26,227 bases of DNA from a virus, in UHGV virus genome UHGV-1489845; one strand, 5' to 3'. The notes below the pieces were generated by a model. That model saw nothing but the letters and a program-made list of their open reading frames with translations. It searched no databases and was not told where the DNA came from. The position numbers were made by a program, and so were the translations under genes. Below, piece by piece: positions 1 to 10,229 of this stretch (the stretch's first letter is position 1; each line of letters starts with the position of its first letter).

Positions 1-464
1 ATTTCCAGATCTGCAGCATCCTGAAGCGGCGCAATATGCTCACTGGCTACCTGCATCAGGTTGTTTTTTGTTTCTTCCGCCTCCCGGATCCGGAACAGTT
101 TTTCTGCTTCCGTATCCTTCACCCAGGCTGTGCCGTTCCACTTCTGAAACTCCCCTTCCGGCGATAACCAGGTAACATTTTCCGGTAACGGACCGAGTTC
201 AGAAATAAATAACGCGTCGCCGGAAGCCACGTCATAAACCGTTTTACCCCGATGATCTTCAACGAGATGCCACGATGCCTCATCACTGTTGAAAACAGCC
301 ACGAAGCCTGCCGGAATATCTGGCGGTGCAATATCGGTACTGTTTGCTGGCAGACCTGTATGAGGCGGAATATATGCATCACCTTCACCAATAAATTCAT
401 TAGTTCCGACCAGCAGATTATAAATTGTTATGGTCCGTGGTTGTTCACTCATTCTGAATACCAT
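1..464 (-). CDS. tfa: Tail fiber assembly protein Tfa, partial (3' end of gene lies beyond the window start)
   Basis: Manual minus-strand translation from ATG at 464..462 gives [18 protein letters not shown]...[24 protein letters not shown]... with no stop down to position 1; recognised as lambda Tfa. Start overlaps the stf stop as TAATG. Not in the supplied ORF track because it has no stop inside the window. Confidence 0.85.
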   Translation of the reverse strand, partial: MVFRMSEQPRTITIYNLLVGTNEFIGEGDAYIPPHTGLPANSTDIAPPDIPAGFVAVFNSDEASWHLVEDHRGKTVYDVASGDALFISELGPLPENVTWLSPEGEFQKWNGTAWVKDTEAEKLFRIREAEETKNNLMQVASEHIAPLQDAADLE

Positions 465-3400
465 TATGCAAGCCTCACAATATAGTTAAATGCGATGTTT
501 TTGACGGTGTTTTCCGCGTTACCAGCAGCGTTAACGGTGATGGTGTGTCCATGTGAGCCAATCGCAACGGAGTGCGTATGAGCACCAATACCGACAGTAT
601 GTGCATGTGCGCCTGCGCTTGCAGCAGTGCCGGACAGCGAGTGGGTATGAGCACCATCTGATGATGTCTTCCCTGCATTACGAGTCTGGCCACTACCGCT
701 TGTTGTGCTCATAATCCCCGCGCTTAGATTTGAAATCGCGGTATAACCATTAGGGAAAATGCTCGTGTTCGTGCCACCAAATGCACCGGAACTCTTGTGT
801 TGGTGCGCACCGGCACTATTTGCAGTCCCGCTAATACTATGGGTATGCGCCCCGGTGTTATTCGTGGATTTGGTTCCGTAATCAAACGACGATGTGTTTT
901 TCGTCCCCAAATCCGTACTGGATGCGCTGGCGCTGTGGGTGTGCGATTTAATGCCGTCCTGTTCCTGAGATAATACGGCTCGACCACTGGCAGGTTTGCC
1001 CTTAATCGTCCAGCCACGCATATCAGGGATCACGCCTGACGGATAAGCGGCTGCAAGTTTTGGGTAGGCAGATTTGTCAAAAGTCTGCCCCTGCATCAGG
1101 GCATAACCAGACGGAACGGTATCTGATGGCCACGGGATTGGTGCACCGACTGGATAAAACTCTGCAGGAGGATGAGCCGAGGTGTAAAGCTGCGCCCAAC
1201 CACTTTCAAAACCATAACCGTCTCTTGAAGAACGGTAGAACAGACCACCATTTCTGTAATGCGCCTTCATCTGCAAGGTCCGGCAACTTCCGACTCCGGT
1301 ATAGAAGTTAACCAGAATATAGCTGTCGCCAGAGCGGGTGACATTGTAAGCGCCTGATTCGGCATTCCAGGGAACGGCTCCATCCGAATCCGCATAAGCT
1401 CCCGTCGAACGTCGGGCAAATGCACCAATATTTTCCGGCGTGAGGTTAATATCCGCCGAGCCATCAAACTTAACACCGTTAATTTTTGGGGCTGCCGCAA
1501 GTTTCGTCGCGGTATCGGCGTTCCCCTTCAGTGCCCCGGTGATCCCATCAGTAACAGACAACGGACCTGAAATAGTCCCTCCAGTCGTTGGCAGCGCTCC
1601 AATATCTGATGGTGTAGGTTTCTGATGTGAGCTATACATCGTATAAACAACACCATCGGTAACGCTGGAAGGCTTACTCGCTGAATATGTTGGCGAGGTA
1701 TAAATAGAAACTGACGCATTTGTAGTACAATCCCAATGGATATTTACACTCGTCGCATAATTGCCAATCTCAACGTAAATATCATATGTATCGCCGGATG
1801 TGTTGATCCAGGCGAAATTCGTTAATCCGACGGCTGTACGCTTCCACAAAGCTCCGGTAATCCCTTTGGGGTTTCCATTGCCTGCTCGTAGAACCAGTTC
1901 TGAAATACCTGCCTGCTGTGGGGAGCCGACGTTGTAACCAGCGCCACCAATCAATGCGATGTAAACGATGGAACTCGCTTGTGGCATGGTAACCGTTGCC
2001 AGTTTGAACCACCCTGCCCCGCCAGAGAAAGAGATCGTTACTGAATTTAAAGTGCCAATATCTTTCGGTGTTAATGTTATATCCGCAGTCAGTGCTTTCC
2101 CGTTAACTTTTCGGTTAGATGGTACCCTACCATTCGCATTGTCATTCGCTGCTTTAACTACCTTCGGTGTCGCGGCAAGCGTTTCAGATGTGCTGTTGGT
2201 TGCACTACTGAGCTGGACTATCCCCTTTTTCGTCGTGCTCGCATCCTCAAGCGCCACGGCGGATGCAATATCCTCTGCCCGTTTTGCCGCTGTCTCAGCG
2301 CGCGTTGCTGCGGATTCTGCCGTACTTTTGCTCTGTGCTGCCGCCGTCGCACTGCCAGCAGCCTCTGTTGCCTTCGTGGATGCCGTCGTGGCGCTGCCCT
2401 TCGCTGCTGACGCCTGTCTGGTCGCCTCATCTTTTGAAGCAGACGCCGATGAGGCCGATGACGCCGCCGAACTGGCGGACGATGCGGCAGCCGTTTTTGA
2501 GGATTCTGCGCTGGTTTCCGACGCTTTCGCGTTCGTTTCGGATGTCTTCGCTGCGGAAGCTGACCTCGCTGCTGCGCTGGTCTGTTCAGTGGCTTCGCCA
2601 GCCTTCGTTGTGGCTGTTGAAGCGGATGATGCGGCGCTTTCTGCCGATTTTCCGGCGGCGATGGCACTGGCTGAGGCCTGCCCGGCACTTGTTGACGCGG
2701 CACTGGCAGACGACGCAGCCGCTGTTTTTGAGCCTGCCGCAGCTGAGGCGCTCTGTCCCGCTGCCGTCTCAGAAGACCTGGCGTTCGTCTCGGCCGTTTT
2801 TGCCGCCTTCGCGGAATTTCCTGCCGCCGTTGCCGAGGAGGCTGCACTGCTGGCGCTTGTGGAGGCGTTCGTTTCTGATGATTTTGCCGCCTCTTTGGAG
2901 GCCGCCGCATCCCGGGCTGAGGTGGCAGCTTCTGACGCTTTCGTGGTCGCGGTGGATGCAGAAGTGGCTGCTGATTGTTGTGACGCTGCCGCATTCGTTT
3001 CTGACGTTTTCGCCGCACCGGCACTGGTGGCCGCCGCGCTTTTTGAGGACTCTGCAGCGGCAGCACTTTTTGATGCTTCAGTAGCCTTTGTTGATGCCGT
3101 TCCTGCGCTGGAAGATGCTGACTGAGCAGATGATGCAGCCTGTCCGGCTGACGTGCTGGCGGCACGAGCTGAGCCTGCAGCATCGGTTGCATGAGTTGCC
3201 GCCTCACTGGCAGATGTGCTGGCATCACTGGCTGACTTCTTCGCGGCTGCCGTGTTCTGTGCCACTGCGGACGCGTTACGCGCCACCTCTTCCACCATCA
3301 GTTCAAAACGTCGCAGAGCCTCCGGACGGGCATCATCCTCCGTCATGGCACCGAGAAAATCATTCAGCGTACCGGGTTGAGAATCTTCATACACGGTGAT

Positions 3401-3622
3401 GGTCCCGGCATGTGACGGCGGGAATCCCTCCACCAACAGAATAACGCTGTACTGACCGTACTCAACGTCCATGCTGTAACGCCCGGCTTCATCCGGATTT
3501 TCTGAGGCCAGCGTGTTCACCACCACCGTGGTGCTGTTACGTTTTGCTTTCAGCTGGATTGTGCAGTTCTGTACCGGTTTTCCTGTGCCGTCTTTCAGTA
3601 CACCTGAAATCTTTACTGCCAT
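464..3622 (-). CDS. stf: Side tail fiber protein Stf, intact long form
   Basis: ORF 464..3628 (1054 aa). N-terminus ([26 protein letters not shown]...) and His-rich C-terminus (GAHTHS/GAHAHT repeats, ...[11 protein letters not shown]) match lambda Stf as I recall it. Likely true start is the ATG at 3622 (MAVKISG), preceded by GGGGTGA; the track start at 3628 is an upstream GTG. Confidence 0.85.
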   Translation of the reverse strand: MAVKISGVLKDGTGKPVQNCTIQLKAKRNSTTVVVNTLASENPDEAGRYSMDVEYGQYSVILLVEGFPPSHAGTITVYEDSQPGTLNDFLGAMTEDDARPEALRRFELMVEEVARNASAVAQNTAAAKKSASDASTSASEAATHATDAAGSARAASTSAGQAASSAQSASSSAGTASTKATEASKSAAAAESSKSAAATSAGAAKTSETNAAASQQSAATSASTATTKASEAATSARDAAASKEAAKSSETNASTSASSAASSATAAGNSAKAAKTAETNARSSETAAGQSASAAAGSKTAAASSASAASTSAGQASASAIAAGKSAESAASSASTATTKAGEATEQTSAAARSASAAKTSETNAKASETSAESSKTAAASSASSAASSASSASASKDEATRQASAAKGSATTASTKATEAAGSATAAAQSKSTAESAATRAETAAKRAEDIASAVALEDASTTKKGIVQLSSATNSTSETLAATPKVVKAANDNANGRVPSNRKVNGKALTADITLTPKDIGTLNSVTISFSGGAGWFKLATVTMPQASSIVYIALIGGAGYNVGSPQQAGISELVLRAGNGNPKGITGALWKRTAVGLTNFAWINTSGDTYDIYVEIGNYATSVNIHWDCTTNASVSIYTSPTYSASKPSSVTDGVVYTMYSSHQKPTPSDIGALPTTGGTISGPLSVTDGITGALKGNADTATKLAAAPKINGVKFDGSADINLTPENIGAFARRSTGAYADSDGAVPWNAESGAYNVTRSGDSYILVNFYTGVGSCRTLQMKAHYRNGGLFYRSSRDGYGFESGWAQLYTSAHPPAEFYPVGAPIPWPSDTVPSGYALMQGQTFDKSAYPKLAAAYPSGVIPDMRGWTIKGKPASGRAVLSQEQDGIKSHTHSASASSTDLGTKNTSSFDYGTKSTNNTGAHTHSISGTANSAGAHQHKSSGAFGGTNTSIFPNGYTAISNLSAGIMSTTSGSGQTRNAGKTSSDGAHTHSLSGTAASAGAHAHTVGIGAHTHSVAIGSHGHTITVNAAGNAENTVKNIAFNYIVRLA
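2250..3300 (-). repeat. Low-complexity Ala/Ser/Thr-rich coding repeat inside stf (about 350 codons)
   Basis: Translated Stf residues about 110-460 are almost entirely A/S/T/K/E with recurring motifs ([19 protein letters not shown]). The same DNA yields long spurious ORFs in other frames. Confidence 0.6.
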
Positions 3623-3630
3623 ATTCACCC

Positions 3631-3660
3631 CACAAAAAAGCCCGCCTGAACCGGCGGGCT
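3631..3660 (-). terminator. Rho-independent terminator-like hairpin between lom and stf
   Basis: Minus-strand RNA AGCCCGCC-GGUUCA-GGCGGGCU followed by UUUUUUGUG; 8-bp GC-rich stem plus U-tract. Confidence 0.55.
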
Positions 3661-3686
3661 GTCATAACACTGTGTTACCTGGCTAA

Positions 3687-4286
3687 TCAGAATTTATAAC
3701 CGACACCCATGATGAAACCGTCAGTGCGCCAGTCGCCACTGCCGGAGCCTTCATAAGCAATATCAATGGCCACGGACTCGGTCGGGTTAAACTGCACGCC
3801 AGCCCCCCACGCCAGAGACGTGTTGCTGTGGCAACCGTCATCACTTCCGGTCAGCACATCGTGCGTTTTCCCCTTGTTGTCAGTTACGCGGAGATAATCT
3901 CCGGAGAAAGTCGACACACGGCTGTAAGACACACCCGCCATCGCATACGCGCTGAACCATTCATTCACGCGCACAGACGGCCCCGCCATCACGCTGAACC
4001 AGCGGTTACGCACGGAATCTTCATGCCAGCGGGTATCGCTGTAACGGGTCAGCTGGCGATTCTTGTCTCCTGCATAGCTGAATGACGTCACCAGCCCCAG
4101 TGTGTCCGTAAACTCATAACGGTATTTCACGTTAATCCCGTTCAGATCATCGCTGCCGGGAACGTTCGTCGAGGCATGAAGATACCCCGCGCTCAGCGTG
4201 GACTGATGTTCAGATGCCCATGCAGGCGCACCGGATACGGCCAGACAAATGGCTGCGGAAAAAATGGCGGCATAAAGTTTACGCAT
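3687..4286 (-). CDS. lom: Lom/Ail/PagC-family outer membrane beta-barrel protein
   Basis: 199-aa ORF with N-terminal signal peptide (MRKLYAAIFSAAICLAVSGAPAWA) and C-terminus ...DIAYEGSGSGDWRTDGFIMGVGYKF matching lambda Lom; position between J and stf as in lambda. SD GAGAGG upstream. Confidence 0.85.
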   Translation of the reverse strand: MRKLYAAIFSAAICLAVSGAPAWASEHQSTLSAGYLHASTNVPGSDDLNGINVKYRYEFTDTLGLVTSFSYAGDKNRQLTRYSDTRWHEDSVRNRWFSVMAGPSVRVNEWFSAYAMAGVSYSRVSTFSGDYLRVTDNKGKTHDVLTGSDDGCHSNTSLAWGAGVQFNPTESVAIDIAYEGSGSGDWRTDGFIMGVGYKF

Positions 4287-4308
4287 AATTACCTCTCGCT
4301 TTTCTGCA

Positions 4309-4337
4309 ATAAAAAAGGCACCATTTCTGGTGCCCTT
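4309..4337 (-). terminator. Terminator-like hairpin between J and lom
   Basis: Minus-strand RNA AAGGGCACC-AGAAAU-GGUGCCUU followed by UUUUUUAUUG. Confidence 0.45.
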
Positions 4338-4355
4338 ATATGGGTTATAACAATT

Positions 4356-7300
4356 TCAACGAATACTGATGCCGGAAGCGGCTTTTTTGGTCACAATCAC
4401 CGTACAGTCGGTGATATTACCTGCCCGCTGATTGCCTTTATGGAAAACCTTAAACTCCAGAGTGACGCTTCCCCTGCCACTCGGCATATCAATAACCGCA
4501 CTGTAGCTACCGGGAATGGCCCCTTTAGTTTCTCTGGATGCGATTAATACACCGTTTTTGCGAACTTCAAAACCATAACCCGTGTATCTTGTACCTCCCG
4601 GGTTATTACCACTTCCCGGATCGCTATACGCTATTCCGTTAAAGATAATGGGCGGAATAATGATTTGACGGTCAAAGTTATGATCATCGCTGATGGTGAC
4701 TGTAACCGTCCCGTTTGGTGTTTCCGTGTTACCCCACGTACCAGCCTGTTTCGGGAATGATTTGGATACAGCTTTAACGAAGTCACCTCTGACCTGAGTC
4801 GCCTCCAGCATGCCCTTAATCGTACAGTTTTCATTTACCGTGACATTGTTGAGCGTCCCGGCGTTCGCATTCACACTGCCACTGATATCCGCATTTTTAG
4901 CGGTCAGCTTTCCGTCCGGAGTCAGGGAAAATGCCGGTGGATTTCCACCGCTGGTAATGGTGGGGGCCGTCAGGCGTTTCAGGAACACGTCGTTCATGAA
5001 TATCTGATCGCCCTGCCCAACAAACATCGGCTTTGTGTTGCCATTCGCAGGATTAATCATCGCAATCCTGTCTGCCGCCAGCAGCACCTGACTCTGCATG
5101 CCGTCAGGGGTGTTCTCAATACCGGCACCAATACCCGCGATATAAAGGCGTCCGTCCTGCATCTGCTGCAGCTTCACAGCCCACATGCTGTTCAGGTTAT
5201 TATTTGTATCAACCTGAACCTTCTGTATCTGCTGAATTGCCGCACTCTGGTCTTCCAGTTTCTTATTGACGGTCTGCGTGATTTCATTGCTGACATCCGT
5301 AATGGACGTCCTGATTTCAGCCAGGTCAGGCGCAAGCTGACCGTTATCAATCTGCGTCCACAGCTCCTGAGCCAGATGGGTTTTCCCTATCTCGCCTTTG
5401 AAAAAATCCAGATAGCCGGATGCATCATCACTCGGCTGACCAACAGCCTCCACGAATGCCGATTTGCCAACGGTGTTCACACTGCGAACGTAAAAATAAT
5501 AATCATGGCCCGGTTTGATATTGATACTGGCGGCTATCCAGTACAGCGCCGTACCAAGATAGCGGGCTGTGGTTTCAACCTGCCTGATATCGGTAATCCG
5601 CTTTTCCGAGAACCAGAACTCAAACTGTACCGTCGGATCATAAACCGCAAGATGCGGCGTGGCGGTTATCTGAAAATACCCCGGCGTCAGCTCAATCCGC
5701 GACGGCGCTGCCGGGGCGGCAATCCGGAACGATACCGACGCCGGATCGCCCTGCTGTCCCCACGCATTTACCGCCCGGACTGTCAGCGTGTACCGCCCCA
5801 GCGCCAGTTGCGTGAAGCGGTATGTGGTTTCCGTCGTCCGGGCCGTGCTGACCAGCCGCTCACTGCCGTCATCCGCTGCCACGGTCAGGCGAAGCAGGAA
5901 GCTCACCCCCTTCACCACCTTCGGTGTGTCCCAGCGCGCCAGCACCTGATATTCCCCGCTGTCTGCGGTGACTTCTGCGGTCAGGTGCTGCACCGCTGGC
6001 GGCGTGACACCATTTACCGTGCCGCTCTGGTCGCCGTCAAAGTGCGCCCCGTTATCCACGATGGCCTCTTTTTCCGGTACATGCTGCACGGCGGTGATGG
6101 CATACGTGCCGTCGTCGTTCTCACGGATACTCACGCAGCGGAACAGGCGCTGGCGCAACGTCGGCAGCTTCAGCCCCCATACGCTGTATTCAGCAACGCC
6201 GTCAGGAACACGGCTCACTTTCACCTTCACGCCGTCGGTGACGGACTGAACCTCCACGCTGACCGGACTCCCCTGCCCGTCAACCAGGCTTATCAGCGTG
6301 GTGCCGGAAGATGGCAGCGTGATTTCACGGTCGAGCGTCAGCGTCCGGGTCTGGCTGTTTACCGCCAGCACGCGCCCGCCGGTGCGGATACCGGCATAGT
6401 CATCATCGCAGATTTCAATGACATCGCCCGGTACATGGCGAAGCCCTTCGGCACCCACGCTGAAGTCCACGGTCTGCGTTTCCAGCAGTTCTGTTTTAAT
6501 CAGCCACAGCCCGGCGCGGTGTGCCTGCCCCCGGCTGGTACAGCCAAAAGCATCCATCTTCGTGACGTTACGACCGTAACGGAGAATGGCCTGCGTGTCC
6601 TCCACAAGCTCTGTCGCCGTCTCCCAGCCGTTATTCGGGTCAATCCAGTTCACCTCAACGGCATTATGGCGGTCCTTCAGGGCGCTGAAGCTGTAGCGGA
6701 ACGGCGCACCATCATCCGGCATCACCACATTACTGCGGTTATAGGTCCACACCTTATCCGACGGTCGGTCCTGCACGAACGTCAGCGTCTGCCCGTTCCA
6801 TACCGGCATACAGCGCATCGCCGAGCAGAAATCACTGAGAACATCCCACGCCTTACGCTGTGTGGTCAGGTACGCATTACAGGTGATGCGCGGCTCCGTG
6901 CCGCCAAAGCCGTCCGGCACTGACTGGTCGCAGTACTGGCCGATGACATACAGCGCCCATTTGTCCACATCCGCCGCACCAAGACGTTTCCCCATGCCGT
7001 AGCGTGGATGGGTCAGCATATCCCACAGACACCAGGCCATGTTATTGCTGTATGCTGGCTTAAACGTTCCGTCCCAGATACCGCTGTATTGCCGCGTCTG
7101 CGGGTTATAGTTCGACGGCACCTGCAGAATACGCCCGCGAAGATGATAATTACGGCTCACCTGCTGGCTGCCGAACTGCTCCGAATCCACCTTTACGCCG
7201 ACCAGTGCCGTGTTCGGGTAGCCCTGTTTCACATCGATGATTTCGGTGTATGATGACCAGAGCGTTTTGTTCTGCAGCTGGTCTGTGGTGCTGTCCGGCG

Positions 7301-7853
7301 TCATTCTGCGCATCCGGATATTAAACGGGCGCGGCGGCAGGTTATCCACCACCACCGAGGCCAGATACTGCGAGGTGGTTTTGCCCTTAATGGTGATGTC
7401 TTTTTCCGTCACCCAGCCACCATTACGCTGTATCTGAACCAGCAGGCGAACTTCCGACGGATTCCGGTCCCCCTTTGAGGTGGTTTCCACCAGTGCCTGC
7501 ACACCGAAGGTAAAGCGCAGTCGGTCGATGTTTGCCGACGTGATGGCGCGGGTGATCGGCGTGTCATATTTCACTTCTGTACCGAGCACCGTCTCGGAGC
7601 CGGAGGATTCAAATCCCTCCGGCGGTGTCTGCTCCTGCTCACCGGCCCGGAACACCACCGTGACGCCGGATATATTGGTATTCCCCTCACTGTCCAGCAC
7701 CGGCGTACTGTTCAGCAGCACGCTTTTTAATCCATCCACCGGACCTTCAACCGGCCCTTCGCTGATGGCATCGATCACACTCAGCAGCTGCGTGGACTTC
7801 AGGTTGTCCTTCGCTTCGCGCGGGGTATGCCCCTTACTGCTGCCTTTACCCAT
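4356..7853 (-). CDS. J: Tail tip / central tail fiber host-specificity protein J
   Basis: 1165-aa ORF; N-terminal about 800 residues ([34 protein letters not shown]...) match lambda gpJ as recalled; C-terminal part diverges (see findings). Confidence 0.9.
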   Translation of the reverse strand: MGKGSSKGHTPREAKDNLKSTQLLSVIDAISEGPVEGPVDGLKSVLLNSTPVLDSEGNTNISGVTVVFRAGEQEQTPPEGFESSGSETVLGTEVKYDTPITRAITSANIDRLRFTFGVQALVETTSKGDRNPSEVRLLVQIQRNGGWVTEKDITIKGKTTSQYLASVVVDNLPPRPFNIRMRRMTPDSTTDQLQNKTLWSSYTEIIDVKQGYPNTALVGVKVDSEQFGSQQVSRNYHLRGRILQVPSNYNPQTRQYSGIWDGTFKPAYSNNMAWCLWDMLTHPRYGMGKRLGAADVDKWALYVIGQYCDQSVPDGFGGTEPRITCNAYLTTQRKAWDVLSDFCSAMRCMPVWNGQTLTFVQDRPSDKVWTYNRSNVVMPDDGAPFRYSFSALKDRHNAVEVNWIDPNNGWETATELVEDTQAILRYGRNVTKMDAFGCTSRGQAHRAGLWLIKTELLETQTVDFSVGAEGLRHVPGDVIEICDDDYAGIRTGGRVLAVNSQTRTLTLDREITLPSSGTTLISLVDGQGSPVSVEVQSVTDGVKVKVSRVPDGVAEYSVWGLKLPTLRQRLFRCVSIRENDDGTYAITAVQHVPEKEAIVDNGAHFDGDQSGTVNGVTPPAVQHLTAEVTADSGEYQVLARWDTPKVVKGVSFLLRLTVAADDGSERLVSTARTTETTYRFTQLALGRYTLTVRAVNAWGQQGDPASVSFRIAAPAAPSRIELTPGYFQITATPHLAVYDPTVQFEFWFSEKRITDIRQVETTARYLGTALYWIAASINIKPGHDYYFYVRSVNTVGKSAFVEAVGQPSDDASGYLDFFKGEIGKTHLAQELWTQIDNGQLAPDLAEIRTSITDVSNEITQTVNKKLEDQSAAIQQIQKVQVDTNNNLNSMWAVKLQQMQDGRLYIAGIGAGIENTPDGMQSQVLLAADRIAMINPANGNTKPMFVGQGDQIFMNDVFLKRLTAPTITSGGNPPAFSLTPDGKLTAKNADISGSVNANAGTLNNVTVNENCTIKGMLEATQVRGDFVKAVSKSFPKQAGTWGNTETPNGTVTVTISDDHNFDRQIIIPPIIFNGIAYSDPGSGNNPGGTRYTGYGFEVRKNGVLIASRETKGAIPGSYSAVIDMPSGRGSVTLEFKVFHKGNQRAGNITDCTVIVTKKAASGISIR

Positions 7854-7875
7854 TCCTCACGCTCCATAAACGACA

Positions 7876-7895
7876 AAACCGCCCGCAGGCGGTTT
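7876..7895 (-). other. Hairpin in the I-J intergenic region
   Basis: Minus-strand AAACCGCC-UGCG-GGCGGUUU followed by UGUCGUUUAUGG; sits just upstream of the J ribosome-binding site. Confidence 0.3.
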
Positions 7896-7913
7896 CACAT
7901 AAAACATTTTTCA

Positions 7914-8555
7914 TCAGCGACCAATCACCACAACCTGACCACCATCACCTTCATCTGCTGTGCTGATCTCCTGAGATACCACCCGCGACCCCACACGCAT
8001 TTCACCGTACAGAACGGGCAGGACATTGCCCTGGGCAACCATATTATCCAGTGAAGAAAAATAGGTGTTCTGTTTGCCGTTATCCGTTGTCTGTGTGCGG
8101 GGGGTTTTGGGTTTAGGGGCCAGCATCTGTGCAACACCGCCAAGCGTCATACTGGCACCGAGAGAAAACAGCAGATTACTCGCCATAATTCCTACCCCCG
8201 GCATCCATATAGCAACCGCCATAACAGCCGCCCCCAGCACAGCCTGAAACACACCGCCACTTTTGGCTCCTGCTAGACGCGGCACGATATGGATCACAGC
8301 ACCATTTGCCAGCGGTTCATTAAGACGGGCTGATAATTCATTTTCGCCTGCATCACGCCCGGCAATCCGTACCTGATACCAGCCGTCGCTCAGTTTCTGA
8401 CGAAACACCGGGAGCTGTGTGGCCAGTGCGCGGATGGCTTCAGCCCCCGTTTTCACACGAAGGTCGATGCGGCGGCCAAATCGTTGCAAATCCCCGTAAA
8501 GGCAGATGCGCGCCATGCCCGGTGACGCCAGAGGGAGTGTGTGCGTCGCTGCCAT
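7914..8555 (-). CDS. I: Tail tip assembly protein I
   Basis: 213-aa ORF starting MAATHTLPLASPGMARICLYGDLQRFGRRIDLRVKTG..., ending ...ADEGDGGQVVVIGR; matches lambda gpI. Its 5' end overlaps the 3' end of K in another frame. Confidence 0.85.
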   Translation of the reverse strand: MAATHTLPLASPGMARICLYGDLQRFGRRIDLRVKTGAEAIRALATQLPVFRQKLSDGWYQVRIAGRDAGENELSARLNEPLANGAVIHIVPRLAGAKSGGVFQAVLGAAVMAVAIWMPGVGIMASNLLFSLGASMTLGGVAQMLAPKPKTPRTQTTDNGKQNTYFSSLDNMVAQGNVLPVLYGEMRVGSRVVSQEISTADEGDGGQVVVIGR

Positions 8556-9196
8556 TTGTCGGTATACCTCTCTCGTTTGCTCAGTTGTTCAGGAATATGG
8601 TGCAGCAGCTCGCCATCACCACAGTAAATGGCGGCATGATTCGGCACCGATGAACCAAAACAGCACAGCAGCACATCGCCCGGTTGTGCTGATGACAACG
8701 GTACCTGATACAGCCCTGTGGCCTCCAGATTATCCAGATAGAGATTCTGACCGTGACGCCACCAGTCATCCTCGCGATGAAAATCCGGCATCTCAATCCC
8801 CGCCAGATGATAAGCATCCCGGAACAGCGTGTAACAGTCCGTCACCCCGTGCTCAAAGCGCCGCCCGGTGAGATGCGGCACACAGCGGAACTTATGAATC
8901 GTCCCCCGGCAGACCAGCCACCACGGCAAATCACTCTGCACCTGCAGCCGCCGGTCGGCCTCACTCAGCCAGGGCAGACCACCGGGGTGGCTGTGGACCA
9001 GCGCCACAATCTCACCCTGCATTTCTGCCTGCAGCCAGTCTTCCGGCGACATACGGAAATACGCCTCCGGCTCACCGGAGATATTCACGCAGGGGAAATA
9101 TCTTTCCCCCTCCGGCGTGCTTACCACGAAGCCGCACGACTCCGCTGGCGCACATCGCCGGGCGTGCGCCAGAATCGCTGATTCTGTCTGTGTCAT
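8453..9196 (-). CDS. K: Tail tip assembly protein K (MPN/JAMM-like HSHP motif plus NlpC/P60-like Cys/His region)
   Basis: 247-aa ORF MTQTESAILAHARRCAPAESCGFVV...; contains ...VALVHSHPGG...SEAD and a downstream ...DCYTLFRDAYH... region; matches lambda gpK. The classical lambda annotation uses an internal start and is shorter. Confidence 0.85.
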   Translation of the reverse strand: MTQTESAILAHARRCAPAESCGFVVSTPEGERYFPCVNISGEPEAYFRMSPEDWLQAEMQGEIVALVHSHPGGLPWLSEADRRLQVQSDLPWWLVCRGTIHKFRCVPHLTGRRFEHGVTDCYTLFRDAYHLAGIEMPDFHREDDWWRHGQNLYLDNLEATGLYQVPLSSAQPGDVLLCCFGSSVPNHAAIYCGDGELLHHIPEQLSKRERYTDKWQRRTHSLWRHRAWRASAFTGICNDLAAASTFV

Positions 9197-9201
9197 GGGA
9201 T

Positions 9202-9900
9202 TTACTGCGAAAGTTTGTTAATGGAAAGGAAGCCGCCAAAGTTGCCGACGTTATTGCGAAACTTACAGCCACTCAGGCATTTGCTGCATTTATCCTTCGT
9301 GATATCGGACGTTGTCTGGTCATATTCATCCGCGACCGCCGGACCGTGATAACCGCACTCATCGCCGCGATAGGTCCAGGTGCAGGTGTTGGCCAACATG
9401 ATACGTCCCGGAAAAACAGCGCCATCTGTTTCCGTCGGCGTGGACAGTACAAAGGAGGCACTCACCGCGCTCAGTTCGCTGCACTGCTCGATGCGCCAGC
9501 GGCTGATCACCTCCTGCTCCGGATCGGCGTCACTGTTTCCGTTAACGAAGTTCACCGCATCCAGAAAACGGGCGTAAACCTTACGCCGGACCACCGTTCC
9601 GCCGACCAGACTCTGCAGATCTTCCGCCATCCCGGTGACCATACCGTACAGGTTAGAAACCGTCAGCGTGGGGCGCGTACTGGTGCCTTTGCCATTCAGT
9701 TCAAAACCACTCCCCTGAATGGGATACGGCTGATACTGTCGCCCCTGCCAGGTGACCGGCTCACCTTTTTCGTTCTGCTCATTACAGAAAAAATAACGTT
9801 CTCCACCGACCTCTGTCAGGTCGATTTCCCAGAGCACCACGCTGGCCGACTGCTCCGCACGGGTGCATTCATTCAGTGTTTCCTGCCGGATATCCTGCAT
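9202..9900 (-). CDS. L: Tail tip assembly protein L
   Basis: 232-aa ORF MQDIRQETLNECTRAEQSASVVLWEIDLTEVGGERYFFCNEQNEKGEP...; lambda gpL; Cys cluster near the C-terminus. Confidence 0.9.
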   Translation of the reverse strand: MQDIRQETLNECTRAEQSASVVLWEIDLTEVGGERYFFCNEQNEKGEPVTWQGRQYQPYPIQGSGFELNGKGTSTRPTLTVSNLYGMVTGMAEDLQSLVGGTVVRRKVYARFLDAVNFVNGNSDADPEQEVISRWRIEQCSELSAVSASFVLSTPTETDGAVFPGRIMLANTCTWTYRGDECGYHGPAVADEYDQTTSDITKDKCSKCLSGCKFRNNVGNFGGFLSINKLSQ

Positions 9901-10229
9901 CAGTTCACCACCTGTTCAAACTCTGCGCTGAACTCAACACGCAGCATACTGACCCGCGACGACCATTTTGCGCAGGTCACCTTTATCTGCCGCCACTCAT
10001 AAGGCGGCGTCCACAGAAAGGCTTTCCAGCCCCCGTGCTCTTCCAGAAACGACTCCAGTACCGTGGCCTCCTCACGGGGGACAGAAAGCGTCACGCTGTA
10101 CGTTTTCAGGTTGGCATTCAGCCCGGCAGGCGCTCGCTGGGAATAGCCATCACCAAAGCGCACCTTTCTTACAGAAGGGGCCGAAGCTACATCCATACCG
10201 GGTTTCACTTTCCAGCGGAAGGTTTTCAT
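9900..10229 (-). CDS. M: Tail tip assembly protein M
   Basis: 109-aa ORF MKTFRWKVKPGMDVASAPSVRKVRFGDGYSQRAPAGLN...; lambda gpM; 1-nt and 4-nt overlaps with neighbours. Confidence 0.9.
   Translation of the reverse strand: MKTFRWKVKPGMDVASAPSVRKVRFGDGYSQRAPAGLNANLKTYSVTLSVPREEATVLESFLEEHGGWKAFLWTPPYEWRQIKVTCAKWSSRVSMLRVEFSAEFEQVVN

Noticed and set aside
119-485. ORFs 119..400 (-) and 252..485 (+) from the track
   Set aside because: Both fall within the tfa coding region in wrong frames or the wrong strand; the real gene is the Tfa frame starting at 464, recognisable by sequence.
1968-3228. Three long overlapping ORFs (385 aa +, 336 aa -, 273 aa +) in the stf repeat region
   Set aside because: Alternative-frame readings of the Ala/Ser/Thr-rich stf repeat; products are extreme low complexity (poly-Ala/Leu, or Arg/Pro/Gln-rich). 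The stf frame is the one with recognisable conserved termini.
5376-6923. 515-aa plus-strand ORF antisense to J
   Set aside because: Lies entirely inside the conserved J coding sequence on the opposite strand; GC-rich coding DNA commonly yields long stop-free antisense frames. No RBS, and its product is low-complexity and Arg/Pro-rich.
9190-10002. 270-aa plus-strand ORF antisense to L and M
   Set aside because: Spans two conserved minus-strand genes; antisense artefact.
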